From contig OX597834.1 in the NCBI GenBank assembly GCA_951406725.2, forward strand, positions 6,572,001 to 6,636,000: a DNA stretch of 64,000 bases. The letters run 5' to 3'. The translations under genes were made by a program, and so were the position numbers. Positions 28,052 to 40,639 of this stretch are shown here, one piece after another. Under the pieces are notes generated by a model. That model saw only the letters and a list, made by a program, of their open reading frames with translations. It was not told where the DNA came from and ran no database searches. Every line of letters begins with the position of its first letter. The stretch's first letter is position 1. This DNA is from Octopus vulgaris (Eukaryota).

Positions 28052-28997
28052 AAATCAAAAAGGGGAACCTAAATTAAAACCAAGCTCTTTTATTGAATTA
28101 TTATTTTCATCTTTATACCCAGCCATGCCCATCCATAGGCACAGGCATGGCTGTGTGGTAAGAAGTTTGCTTCCTAACCACATGATTTCAGGTTCAGTCC
28201 CACTGTGTTTCCCGGGTGTTAGGACTGATGCTGGCTTGAAGAAGGGAAGACTTCAGTTGGTTTTTGAATCTGCATTTTGGGGCTCCTCAATGTTGTTTGC
28301 CTAGGAAGGGCATTTGGCATTAGGAAGGGCATCCAGCTGTAGAAACACTGCCAGATCAGACTGAGCCTGGCGCAGCCTTCTGGCTTCCCAGACCCCAGTT
28401 GAACCGTCCAACCCATGCCAGCATGGAAAACGGACGTTAAACGATGATGATGATGATGATGATGATGATTGATGAGCTCATCTGTGGAAGTCTTGAAGGG
28501 GCTATTTGGCTGACACGTTCTGATGATAGTCGAGGATAGCAGCCACAATGCTTGGCATTTCTGAGTGGTTGAGATCTTTACTATTGATATGTGGGTCCTG
28601 ACATTTTTATGTTGAAGATCTGCTGAAGTTTGGCTTGTTGGAAACACTCAAGATTTTTCAGGTCTTTTTAATACAGGGTCTGTGTCTCATAAGTGGAGAT
28701 GACAGTTGCATAAAACACCATGAGTTTTGTTGAGAGGGAAAGCCCATGGTTGTCAAATATTTACTTGAGGGGTCTTCTAAAAGCCCAATGAGCATCCCTT
28801 GATTTCTTTATGATACCTTTTTGTTTTTTTGTGAATTCCCAAGATCTTTCGCATTTCCATCCAAAATGGAGACAAACAGCATCCCTCCATGTGATCAGCT
28901 TGAAAAATTGTTTGGATATTAAGATATTTTTCTTAGCATGAAACCAATTTTAGTCCCCAATGTGATGTTGAGCACTCTTTCTCATTGTTCAAAATTT

Positions 28998-29032
<35 letters not shown>

Positions 29033-30428
29033 CATATATATAAGAAGTGAGGTGAGGGTGATATATATATATATATATATGTTCTGCATATATATATCTG
29101 TATTTATGTACTTTTGATATATTCAACCAATGACGGTAAAGCTTATTTAAAGCAAAACCAGAAATCCTGGATCTTGAATTATTCAATAATATTTTTTGCT
29201 AGTCTATTTTGTCCCTCTGTCTTATCTCATGGTACAATATGAACATTTAACGTGGTTTTTAAAGTCAGGGTTTTGACTGCTATTTCGGCATGGTAGTGTC
29301 TCTTAGACATCCTTATTTTTAGTTATATATATATTTATATACACTCACACACCAACTACACTATTTTATACAGAGTGTAAATAAGAATAATTGAAAATAA
29401 GTGTGAATATTACAAGACTTCACTGTGGATGAACTAAGTACGTAAACACATTTCTTCTATGATATAAATGTGCTGAAAATAGATTGAGTCTCAATAGACT
29501 GTTTCATGGTCTGTTTATTTACCATTCTTCACAGAAGACATATCCTGCTTCATTTTCCTCGGTCAATTAGCTCAGGTCAGTTGCAACAGAAAGCAGTCAA
29601 AAATTAAGCTAGGATATTTGTGAAAAGCCTAATTTGCATATTTCTGCTTTTCATAGATCATCATTAATCAAGCACTCTCCAGCGAATGCCCAACACAGTG
29701 AAATCAGAAGAACAAACATTTGTATATTAAAAAGCCATGCTGTAGGTGAACTAAGAATAGCACAGCCTTTCAATGCTATTGATGTGCTGAAAAAAGTTAC
29801 CTGAAGAGTGATCAACAAATCAAAAAGGGGAACCTAAATTAAAACCAAGCTCTTTTATTGAATTATTATTTTCATCTTTCTACCCAGCCATGCCTATCCA
29901 TAGGCACAGGCATGGCTGTGTGGTAAGAAGTTTGCTTCCTAACCACAGGATTTCAGGTTCAGTCCCACTGTGTTTCCCAGGTGTTAGGACTGATGCTGGC
30001 TTGAAGGAGAGAAGACTTCAGTTGGTTTTTGAATCTGAATTTTGGGGCTCCTCAATGTTGTTTGCCATTGACGAGCTCATCTGTGGAAGTCTTGAAGGGG
30101 CTATTTGGCTGACATGTCCTGATGATTGTCGAGGATAGCAGCCACAATGCTTGGCATTTCTGAGTGGCTGAGATCTTTACTGTTGATATGTGGGTCCTGA
30201 CATTTTTATGTTGAAGATCTGCTGAAGTTTGGCTTGTTGGAAACACTCAAGATTTTTCAGGTCTTTTTAATACAGGGTCTGTGTCTCATAAGTGGAGATG
30301 ACAGTTGCATAAAACACCATGAGTTTTGTTCAGAGGGGAAGGCCCATGGTTGTCAAATATTTACTTGAGGGGTCTTCTAAAAGCCCAATGAGCATCCCTT
30401 GATTTCTTTACGATACCTTTTTGTTTTT
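28052..30428 (+). repeat. Direct duplication of ~610 bp (28052-28828 and 29817-30428)
   Basis: Near-identical copies; first copy has an extra RTE-type tail at 28302-28467. Confidence 0.9.
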
Positions 30429-30714
30429 GTATCAGTGTATCAGAAGATTCTATAATTTTTTTTCTACACATCAATAACATAGAAGGAAAGTACTTACATT
30501 GTTAGGCCATCCACAGGGAGGCTTTGCAATATCTAGCTCTGTGTGTGTTTGTGTGTGCGCATGAGTGTGTGTGTGTGTGTGTGTGGATTCCCCTATCAGT
30601 TTCAACATGTGAGGGTCTAGCAATTGATATAGCTGCAAGGCTATCCACATAAAAGATTTCTTTTTAGTTGTGAAGGCTTGTGCAGAACCAGCCACACATT
30701 TTGGAAAAGCTAGC

Positions 30715-31120
30715 AGCAGGAGTGGCTGTGTGGTAAGTAGCTTGCTTACCAACCACATGGTTCCGGGTTCAGTCCCACTGTGTGGCACCTTTGGCAAGTA
30801 AGTATCTTCTACTATAGCCTCGGGCCGACCAAAGCCTTGTGAGTGGATTTGGTAGACGGAAACTGAAAGAAGCCCATCGTATATATGTATATATATATGT
30901 GTGTGTGTGTTTGTGTGTCTGTGTTTGTCTCCCTAGCATTGCTTGACAACCGATGCTAGTGTGTTTATGTCCCCATCACTTAGCGGTTCGGCAAAAGAGA
31001 CCGATAGAATAAGTACTAGGCTTACAAAGAATAAGTCCCGGGGTCGAGTTGCTCGATTAAAGGTGGTGCTCCAGCATGGCCGCAGTCAAATGACTGAAAC
31101 AAGTAAAAGAGTAAAGAGGG
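30715..31120 (+). mobile_element. SINE A
   Basis: Sequence match. Confidence 0.9.
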
Positions 31121-31936
31121 AGAGAGCAGAAAGTTGTTGCAATTGTCTGCTGCAAACTCAGTATTTTCTACGCGAGTTCTCTATCTGCTGGGTCAGTTGC
31201 TTTTATCCTTGCTTAGAATCCAAGCATCTCTAGAGGGCTAAATGCATATCTCAATATCAAACCTGAAGTTTCTGTTTCCTTGGGCATAACATACACGCAT
31301 GTCTTTACAAATAAATATATAATTGTATCTTTTCTCTGTGGCATCTTTCAGTCATTAGACTATGGTCATGCTGGGGCACTGCCTTGAAGAATTTTGATCA
31401 AATGAATTAACTCCCACACAGCCACTCCTGCACCTACATACATATTTATAATCATAACAGCTGTTTCCCAATGAAACAAAAAGAAATAGCTTGAGTTGTT
31501 AGCTGTCGAAGAGGTTACATTCTCTTAAAGGCCATTTACTGGTTAACTGCTGGAAATGTCGCAGCATACAGTCTTACAATAAATCATTGTTATATACGGG
31601 ATACCACTGTCAAGTTTTATGAACCTCTGGGTGTTTAAGGTTGATCCCATTCATAGAATACTTCAAGAGTTCAATGTTCTTTAAATTAAACAAATTACAA
31701 TAATTGAATTCAAAAGCAACAATAAATGGGTAGAGTTCATTTTTGCCATCTTATTCACTACTTTGATACATTTAACTTGTAATACAATACCAGAGTGTAA
31801 TTACTATTTTCCCTCGTAAACAAAATCAGTTTGAATTTATCAGATTACAAGGAAGCCTAAATTGAAACGAGGTGTCTTAAATTAAAAACCTAGCCATTTT
31901 ATTGTGCATCCAACTGCATGTTTGAACAGCCAACAT

Positions 31937-31949
31937 AGCTAGCTAGCTA

Positions 31950-31989
<40 letters not shown>

Positions 31990-32037
31990 TCTATCTATCA
32001 ATCTGTCTATCTATCTATCTATCAATCTATCTATCTG

Positions 32038-32092
<55 letters not shown>
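31937..32092. repeat. (CTAT)n/(CTGT)n tetranucleotide repeat
   Basis: Directly visible. Confidence 0.95.
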
Positions 32093-32667
32093 GCTTGTTT
32101 GTTAACTCATTATATTTTAGTTAGTTAGAGAAGTTGTGCTCCAGCATCGCCACAGTCAAATGACTGAAACAAGTAAAATAGTAAAAGAGTAGATTGGTGG
32201 CTATGGAGATAAGATAGACTGACAGACAGACAGACCGATAGATAGATATTGTACTTAAGAAAGAATGTTGTTGATAGTGGCTTAGTTAACCAAAACTTCA
32301 AAGTCGCTAACAACAACTTTCTTGTTTAAGAATAAATTTGTACTCTATAAAAGGATAGAGTAACCAATGAGGTTAATGTAAAATTGTTTTTACTTCAACT
32401 TAACATAAAGAAACAAACATTAATATATATATATATATATATATATAGTAGAAATATGTTATAAAAAGAAAATATAAAATACATGTGGAAATGTAAGGGT
32501 AAAATATGAAAAATCAACGAAAAAGCACATTGCAAATAAAAAAAAAAGGCTATTTATGGCAGGTAACGACAAATATATACATTTAGATTGACTGAGGTAG
32601 TAAGTAATATGAGTCATAAAATTCATTATTATGAGATGATTATAAGATGATAATAAAGTAAGAAAAC

Positions 32668-32705
32668 AAAGCGAACCATGGTTTACGCAAAGCTATTCAT
32701 CATTT
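32668..32705 (-). ncRNA. Second hammerhead-like motif with AUGAAUA core (degenerate)
   Basis: AAAUG-AUGAAUA-GC UUU GC-GUAA-ACCAUGGU-U-CGCUUU; extra U in GAA, weak stem I; insert 32447-32720 flanked by (TA)n. Confidence 0.4.
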
Positions 32706-33837
32706 GAAAGACACCGGCTAATATATATATATATATCATCATCATCATCAGCATCACCGTTTAAAGTCCGCTTTCCATGCTAGCATGGGTTGGACGATTT
32801 AACTGAGGTCTGGTGAACCAGATGGCTGCACCAGACTTCAATCTGATCTGGTAGAGTTTCTATACCTGGATGCCCTTCCTAACGCCAACCGCTCCAAGTG
32901 TATATATATATATATATATATAATAGAGTAAGCACATAAATGTGAAACAAGGTGGAAAAAATAGTACTTGACTACCAGAGGTAGAGTAATATGCGTTATT
33001 AAAAAGCAGCAAAAATATCACAAAAACTGTTGCACAGAGTTTTGCATTCCCGTTCGTTGAACAGTTTTGTATACCTTATAGAACTGTATTCTCACCTGGC
33101 CCCTGTCCACATTTTTTTTTCTCCAACCACCTTTACTCAATTTAAAAAATATTTCTTGAAACACCTTTTATTATTCTTTTATTTAGTTTCTTCTTTTCTA
33201 TTTTTCTTCTGATGAAGAGCTAGCATCTGAAACATGAAGACTGTTTTCCATTCCTTTTAAGCATTAAAATAAGGCAACATTAATTAAAACTGTTTTAACG
33301 AACTTCTTTTTTGTTTTCATTGTCTTCTTCACATGCACACACTTTGCATATACAGCTATGTAAATCTATGTACAGAAATAAGAATGTGTGTGTATGTGTG
33401 TGTGTGTGTGTGTGTATGTGTGTACGCATCTGTAAAACAACATAAAAAATTTAAAAACAACACAAAATATTTCAAACATTTGACAAGCAATGGTCACAAG
33501 CAAATTTCCAGACAGAAATAAAATATTTCACCAAACCTCTCTCTATATAAAGCTGAAGTTGTCTGTGTATGGCAGGTTTGGTAGCCTTCAACTAACACTA
33601 TTCAAATCAGACCATGTTAACACAAAAAATTATTTACATCAAAAAGGTACTTTTTTTTCTATGAAAATCCCTATATTTTACGATTTTTTTACTGCTGTGT
33701 CGCCATTTTCCGGTGTATTTCAACCAGAAAAATGTTCCCTTAAAGAAAATATATGTATATATATGTATATATGTATATATATGTATATATATATACATAT
33801 GTATATATGTATATATATGTATATATATACATGTATA

Positions 33838-33895
<58 letters not shown>

Positions 33896-34072
33896 TTGCT
33901 AGCCACTACACATTCTTTATTTTTCCATGTTTCTTTCTGTGTTCCTTTCTGTGGAAGAGTGTAGGCTCGAAACATTAAAGACTTTTTCACTTCTTGAGCC
34001 TTATACTAATACATCTGTTTGTGGTCTACACCACCTGTCTTTGTCTTTTGTTTTTTTATGTGAATTCTCCCT

Positions 34073-34132
<60 letters not shown>

Positions 34133-34170
34133 CAGTATGTGGCAAAGTAATTTATTTTACTAAGCCCTTT

Positions 34171-34208
<38 letters not shown>

Positions 34209-34309
34209 ATAGAAATGGTAAGACAACAAAAGAATTAAAGAGACCTCGATATTATGTAAATAGAGGAATTTATCTGTAAATGTAATATGTGATAATTATT
34301 CAGTAGCCA

Positions 34310-34370
34310 AGATAAAACTCTGAGTTTCAGATTTCGGGGTGGAAATCCACACCGCCATCTTCAATTATCT
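34310..34370 (-). ncRNA. Type I hammerhead candidate (U3 variant) in a (TA)n-flanked insert
   Basis: AGAUAA-UUGAAGA-long stem II-GAA-ACUCAGAGU-U-UUAUCU; 6-bp stem I. Confidence 0.55.
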
Positions 34371-34379
34371 GGCGATCGG

Positions 34380-34426
<47 letters not shown>

Positions 34427-34770
34427 GTGTGGTGTGTGTGTGCATACGTGTGTGTGTGCATGCGTGTGTGTGTGTGTGCATACATGCATATTTGTGCATG
34501 CATCTGTCCCCTACACCGCTTGACAATTGGTGATTGTGTGTTTATCTCTCTGTAACTTAGCAGCAAAACAGACTGATAAAAAATAGTACCAATAAGTGTT
34601 AGTGTCAATAAGTTCACCCTCAATTCAAGGTGGTGCCCCAGCATGGCCACAGCCTAATGACTAAAACAAGTAAAAGACAGAAGTTAATCAAAAGAGCAAA
34701 ACCAAAAGTGTGTATTGAGAGTATTCATAGTAGTGTAATAACGATAATAATAATAAAGAAAGCTGCTCAT

Positions 34771-35365
34771 TAATTAGTTATGATTATGTAACTTTTATTA
34801 AAAGGAAGTAATTATTAAAGTCTTTACTGTCTAGCAAATTTCCACATTTATTATTTATTATTTTTTTTTTCAAAATGTGGTTTTTAAACTTCTTGTATTA
34901 TTGAAGATTTTGACTTCATGCTAATGAAAACACATAATTTTATTCACTACGACATGCGTTTTTTTAATGTCTCACATTTATAAACCAACAATGAAGTAAC
35001 AATCTCTCTTTTTTTCTCTGTTTCCATCTTTTTCTATGTGTATATTTTTCTGATAGCTAACTCCTTCACTGTAATCTCCTGAGCTTTAATTAGTTGTGAT
35101 TATGTAACTTTTATTATACGGAAGCAATTATTAAAGTCTTTACTGTCTAGCAGATTCATATACTTTTCGAATCAAATTTTTTTTTTATCGAAATATGGTT
35201 ATTAAAATTCTTGTATTATTGAAAATTTCACCTAAGTGTTAATCCAAACACATAATTCTATTTACTGTGACATGCATTTTTAATATCTTACATTTGTATC
35301 TCAGTTATTTGAGCAACAATCTCTCTCTCTTTATCTGTCTATCTTTCTGTCTCTTATATGTGTAT
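34771..35365 (+). repeat. Diverged tandem duplication, period ~317 bp
   Basis: TAATTAGTT.TGATTATGTAACTTTTATTA...AAAGTCTTTACTGTCTAGCA at 34771 and ~35087. Confidence 0.8.
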
Positions 35366-35815
35366 ACGAACAAAACGTCCCCTGTCCAATGGACGATGCT
35401 GAGTTGTTAAACATTTAAACCAAATTTTCTCAAAACAACTTGTCCCACCGTCCCATAGGCCTCCCCTTTGAGAAACACTGATTTAACTTAAATTTGAGAC
35501 ACCAGCAAAAGAAGAAATAAAGATAGACTTTTTTCTATTCCAAAGAAAAACGATTTTATTCACACAAGTATGCAACCAAAGAGTTTATAGTACTAGTAAT
35601 GATAACACTGTTGACTGGGAGAACACAAGCATGGTTTAAACAGTAAACTTGGCAGGAAAGAAGCGTGCCTTTAAGCAGTACAAAAACAACAAAAAATGGA
35701 AGGTGCAGTTATGTACAGATTGACGGAAGAAAAGCAGGACAAAAACTATGCATGCAAATGGGTTAACAGGAGGTAAATCTAGATGGAAAAGCATGATGAA
35801 TTTATGAGAACGTAC

Positions 35816-35836
35816 CTGGGACAATAATAAGTTTAT
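35816..35836 (-). other. Candidate 21-nt microexon or recursive splice site
   Basis: TTTTATCAG|ATAAACTTATTATTGTCCCAG|GTACGT; upstream TGC and downstream TGCATG motifs in unique sequence. Confidence 0.35.
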
Positions 35837-36089
35837 CTGATAAAACATGTAGGAAACTGCATGTGCATTTTTCTCGTGTATGCATAGTATCAATCACAAC
35901 AGCTGATGTACTTGCACGTACGAATGCACGTCCCCACGGCTTTATTAATTGCATTCTCACCTGGAATCGATTTTTGTAATTTTTTCAAGACTTATACAAG
36001 ACTTATACATGTGCCCCAGCATGGCCACAGCTCATGAGCTGAAACTAGATAAAATATAAAAAATAGAAATATAATATATGTAGATACCT

Positions 36090-36317
36090 ATTTTTTTATT
36101 ACCCACAAGGGGCTGAACATAGAGGGGACAAACATGGACAGACATAGGTATTAAGTCGATTATATCGACCCCAGTGCTTAACTGGTACTTAATTTATCGA
36201 CCCTGAAAGGATGAAAGGCAAAGTCGACCTCGGCGGAATTTGAACTCACAACGTAACGGCAGACGAAATACCGCTAAGCATTTCGCCCGACGTGCTAACG
36301 ATTCTGCTAGCTCGCCG
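36090..36317 (-). mobile_element. SINE B monomer
   Basis: Sequence match. Confidence 0.85.
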
Positions 36318-37029
36318 TCAGTATCTACATATCAAATTTGAGCACAATCGGATGGAGGATGCCCAATATCTTAGAAGACACACACACAGACAGACAGAAC
36401 AGATTTTATATAATTGATATTTCTGATCTTTAACTCCTTTACTGAAACCTCCTCTGTTCATGTTATAATAATTCATACGGTGAGCAGGAATAAAAAGTAT
36501 CATTTCTCATCTCTGTACATTTGTAGAGTGTTTATAAAAGTTATAAATACTAAAACATACAATGTAATATGTCAATGAAAAAAATCACATGTGTTAGAAC
36601 CTACAATAAGGTTTTCGATATCAATTTCTCCAGTACAACTCTTTATATTTTTATGATGCCTTTAAAAAACACTTTAAACATCAGAGACTCTGAGTCTACA
36701 ATTTTTTATTAACAAATACAGTTTTTTAATAAAAAAAAACTAGCAATCAATATATGTTGTACAAAACAAAATACATTATTATATATATGCTTTAAATGTA
36801 AGTGAAGTATATATGCTTGTACACAATACAAAATATATTCATACACAACTATTATCTAAAAAAAAATATATATTTATACACTTTAAATGTGACTTTTTTC
36901 AATTTTAAGTGGACACCCAAAATTATTTCTCTGTGATTTACACATTTGTACTTAATGTGTACACGCACACTCACAAAGCACACTGTATTTGCTACCACGG
37001 CAACAAGCATTTGGAAAAGGATTTAAGTG

Positions 37030-37255
37030 GGTAATCTGAAATCCTAGCCAGTAGGATGAAACTGATTTCAAGTTACACCCCCAGGGGTAATTTCAAATTA
37101 CCCACATGTAATTTCAAATTACACCCCCACCATCTCAGGGTAGTTTGAAATCGATATCATTCAAGCCCCAATTTCCAATCCCATTTAATCTGAACATGAT
37201 TTCAAATTACCCTGTTCAGCACTGCTGGTGGGGTGGAAGAATCTGAAATTGCTAT
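37030..37255. repeat. Array of dyad motifs GGGTAATTT-C-AAATTACCC and variants
   Basis: Perfect dyads at 37085-37103 and 37108-37122, half-sites in both orientations. Confidence 0.7.
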
Positions 37256-37390
37256 ACCAGCATAATAAAAAAAAAACCCACATAAAAAAAGCAACAAAAG
37301 ATCTGAGATAAATTTGTTGGTATGGTATATTGGTATGCTTTACATGGCATATCAGAATATATGATGTATATATATTTATATTTGATATTT

Positions 37391-38219
37391 GGCGCAAGAG
37401 TGGCTGTGTGGTAAGTAGCTTGCTAACCAACCACATGGTTCCGGGTTCAGTCCCACTGCGTGGCATCTTGGGCAAGTGTCTTCTGCTATAGCCCCGGGCC
37501 GACCAATGCCTTGTGAGTGGATTTGGTAGACGGAAACTGAAAGAAGACTGTCGTATATATGTATATATATATGTATGTGTGTGTGTTTGTGTGTCTGTGT
37601 TTGTCCCCCTAGCATTGCTTGACAACCGATGCTGGTGTGTTTACGTCCCCGTCACTTAGCGGTTCGGCAAAAGAGACCGATAGAATAAGTACTAGGTTTA
37701 CAAAGTATAAGTCCCGGGGTCGATTTGCTCGACTAAAGCCGGTGCTCCAGCATGGCCGCAGTCAAATGACAGAAACAAGTAAAAGAGTAAAAAAAAGAGT
37801 ATATATATATATATACTCTTTACTCTTTTACTTGTTTCAGTCATATGACTGCGGCCATGCTGGAGCACCGACTTTAATCGAGCAAATCGACCCTGGGACT
37901 TATTCTTTGTAAGCCCAGTACTTATTCTATCTGTCTCTTTTGCCGAACCGCTAAGTGACGGGGACATAAACACACCAGCATCGGTTGTCAAGCAATGCTA
38001 GGGGGACAAACACAGACACACAAACACACACACATACATATATATATACATATATACGACAGGCTTCTTTCAGTTTCCGTCTACCAAATCCACTCACAAG
38101 GCATTGGTCGGCCCGAGGCCATAGCAGAAAACACTTGCCCAAGGTGCCACGCAGTGGGACTGAACCCGGAACCATGTGGTTGGTAAACAAGCTACTTACC
38201 ATACAGCCACTCCTGCGCC
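37391..38219. mobile_element. Tail-to-tail inverted pair of SINE A (37391-37799 +; 37815-38219 -)
   Basis: Two full copies separated only by (TA)8. Confidence 0.92.
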
Positions 38220-38228
38220 TATATATTG

Positions 38229-38272
<44 letters not shown>

Positions 38273-38480
38273 TTAAAAATAGGATAAAATCTTTATAAGA
38301 ATTTATCAAGCTGTTAGTGTGAAAAACCTCATACAGGAAAAATTTATTAATAATACCCTTTAAAGATATCTATTTATATTAAGGGCATTACTACACATAA
38401 ATGCCTAATGCTAGGAGGGACTCTTAATGTAAAAAAATACCATAATAAACACATTGTATTATACATAAAAGCCCTTAATG

Positions 38481-38546
<66 letters not shown>

Positions 38547-38570
38547 TATACATATATATACATATATATA

Positions 38571-38970
38571 CTTGCTGCCTCGGCCAGGGTTAAGATACAG
38601 GACTCTTGACATGTTCAACAAAGCGTGATGCCTAAACCAATCAGCTTAAGTAATTGAGTGATGCTACACACTGATTGGTTAGAATACAGTTTGCAAAACC
38701 TAGCAATCTGGAGCCTACACAGGTATATTTAAGGCACAGATTTAACCATCTCGCTACAGTCAAAAATTGTGAAGCATGACTGTCACCACTACTACATGAA
38801 CCTGAAGATTGCATAATTTAATCCATGAAAGTACTAGTTCAATCAGAATGAACATTTAATATTCTATTATTTTATTTTATTTTATTATTTTATATTATAT
38901 TATCTTATAATATATCATTATAAGATTGTAAATAAAACGTGAAAATCAGACAAGGTTGGAATTCCTTTTA

Positions 38971-38972
<2 letters not shown>
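38571..38972 (+). mobile_element. Penelope-like LTR / retrozyme-like insert in (TA)n
   Basis: Inverted CCAAT boxes 38637 and 38674, TATA-like 38724, hammerhead 38797-38841, AATAAA 38931; (TA)n on both sides. Confidence 0.65.
38797..38841 (+). ncRNA. Minimal type I hammerhead ribozyme candidate, canonical core
   Basis: UGAAC-CUGAAGA-stem II-GAA-AGUACU-A-GUUCA; palindromic stem III, CUA triplet. Confidence 0.7.
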
Positions 38973-39004
<32 letters not shown>

Positions 39005-39159
39005 TACCTGATCCTTGCTATTTTTAGCATGATAAATGACCACATGGACTACTTTTCAGTTTTTAAAATTTTTTTTATTTCATCTAGTTTCAGCTCACGA
39101 GCTGTGGCCATGCTGGGGCACCGCCATTGTTTAAAAGAGTGAAACTAAAAGGAGAAAAT

Positions 39160-39472
39160 ACCCTCTTTGGTCCTGAATGACCATGGGATTGTACCTAGAA
39201 AGTTTCCATCTAATGTAAAAAGTCTGAGCAAGGTTATGTATGGAAGACCAACAGTCACCCATGCATACCAGCCTCCCCTCTTCACACAACCGTTGTTATC
39301 CAAGGGAAAGGCTGATACAGCTTGGCACCAGTGATGTCGCAACTCATTTTTGAGAGCTGAGTGAACTGGAGCAATGTGAACTAAAGTGTCTTACTCAAGA
39401 AAATAACACGCAACCTAGTTGAAGAATCAAACTCACTACCTCATGAATGTGAGCCTGTTGCTCTAACCACTG
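39160..39472 (-). mobile_element. tRNA-derived SINE family D
   Basis: AGTGGTTAGAGC head, TTGAGTAAGACACTTT...CTCCAGTTCACTCAGCT central domain; relatives at 11440-11650 and 56260-56495. Confidence 0.75.
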
Positions 39473-39592
39473 ATGAAGGCTGCAAGAAAATAATGAAAGA
39501 AATATTTATTAAGCAAGAGAGCACTATTAGACGAATAAACGATGCAAAGAAAAATTCGATGCAACATCTCAGAAAAATTACGCAAATTACAA

Positions 39593-40028
39593 GGATCTTT
39601 TCGCTTTGACTGGCAGTTTTTAACATAATTTCTAGGTAGCTAAAAAATTTTAAACTTCGTATATTGGTAGAATGTGTTTATAAAACCTCTTTTCCTCTTG
39701 GCTTTATTGAGAAAATTCTATAGTTTGTAAGATATTTGTTGTTTTGTTCTTCAATTTCTGCAATTTCAACCAATCAGTGACGTCTATTCAGGTAAAAAAA
39801 AGCATTCCGTGCCGTATGAATATGTCCCTTGTTTAAAATTCAGATTGGGTTTATTTACATTTGTGAAGAAAAAAAGATACCCTTCCTCCCCACCCCTAAC
39901 CCTAACCCTAACTAACCCTAAGCCTAAAATAGATTGAAATGCAATAGATCGATACTAGGGTCATAATAATGGGTGACTATTTCATATGACACCGCTAGAA
40001 AAAACTTCCGTTCAAACCAAAAAGATCC
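39593..40028. mobile_element. Non-autonomous DNA transposon, Merlin-like, with internal (CCCTAA)n
   Basis: ~29-bp imperfect TIR starting GGATCTTTT, perfect 8-bp TSD AATTACAA (39585-39592, 40029-40036). Confidence 0.8.
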
Positions 40029-40194
40029 AATTACAAGTAGGGGACTAGCAGAAAATGACCCAGAAGGGGGTCTTTCTTTCTCTTAGATGGAATAACAGAA
40101 TACGTGCAGAATCACTGAATCAGAACTGATTGCTTATAAGCTTTTAATTTCAAAGGTATCATTTCCAACAACCATTGCAAACACAGGGTCCACT

Positions 40195-40585
40195 TTAACC
40201 CATAAGCAATCAGATTTTGTAGTCAAGTTTCCTGTTTATTCATTCACATCATTTTGAAGTAATCGCATATTATCCTATAGCTTCAAAATTTCAATGGTGT
40301 GTTTTATCTTTCCCTGGTGTCAGTCATTAGACTCTGGCCATGCTGGGGCACTGACTTGAAGAACGTTTTGTCAAATGAATCGACCACAATACTTGTTTTT
40401 TTGTTTAAGCTTAATGCATATTCCGTCAGTCTCCTTTGTCAAACTGCTAAGTTATGGGGATGTAAACAAACCAATACTGGTTGTCAAACGGTGGTGAGGG
40501 ACAAACAAAGACACACATCATATATATATATATGTGTGTATATATATATATGCATGTGTATATATATATGTGTGTGTGTGTATAC

Positions 40586-40639
<54 letters not shown>

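Noticed and set aside
39894-39926. True telomere or chromosome fusion site
   Set aside because: Only a few imperfect units, inside a TSD-flanked transposon
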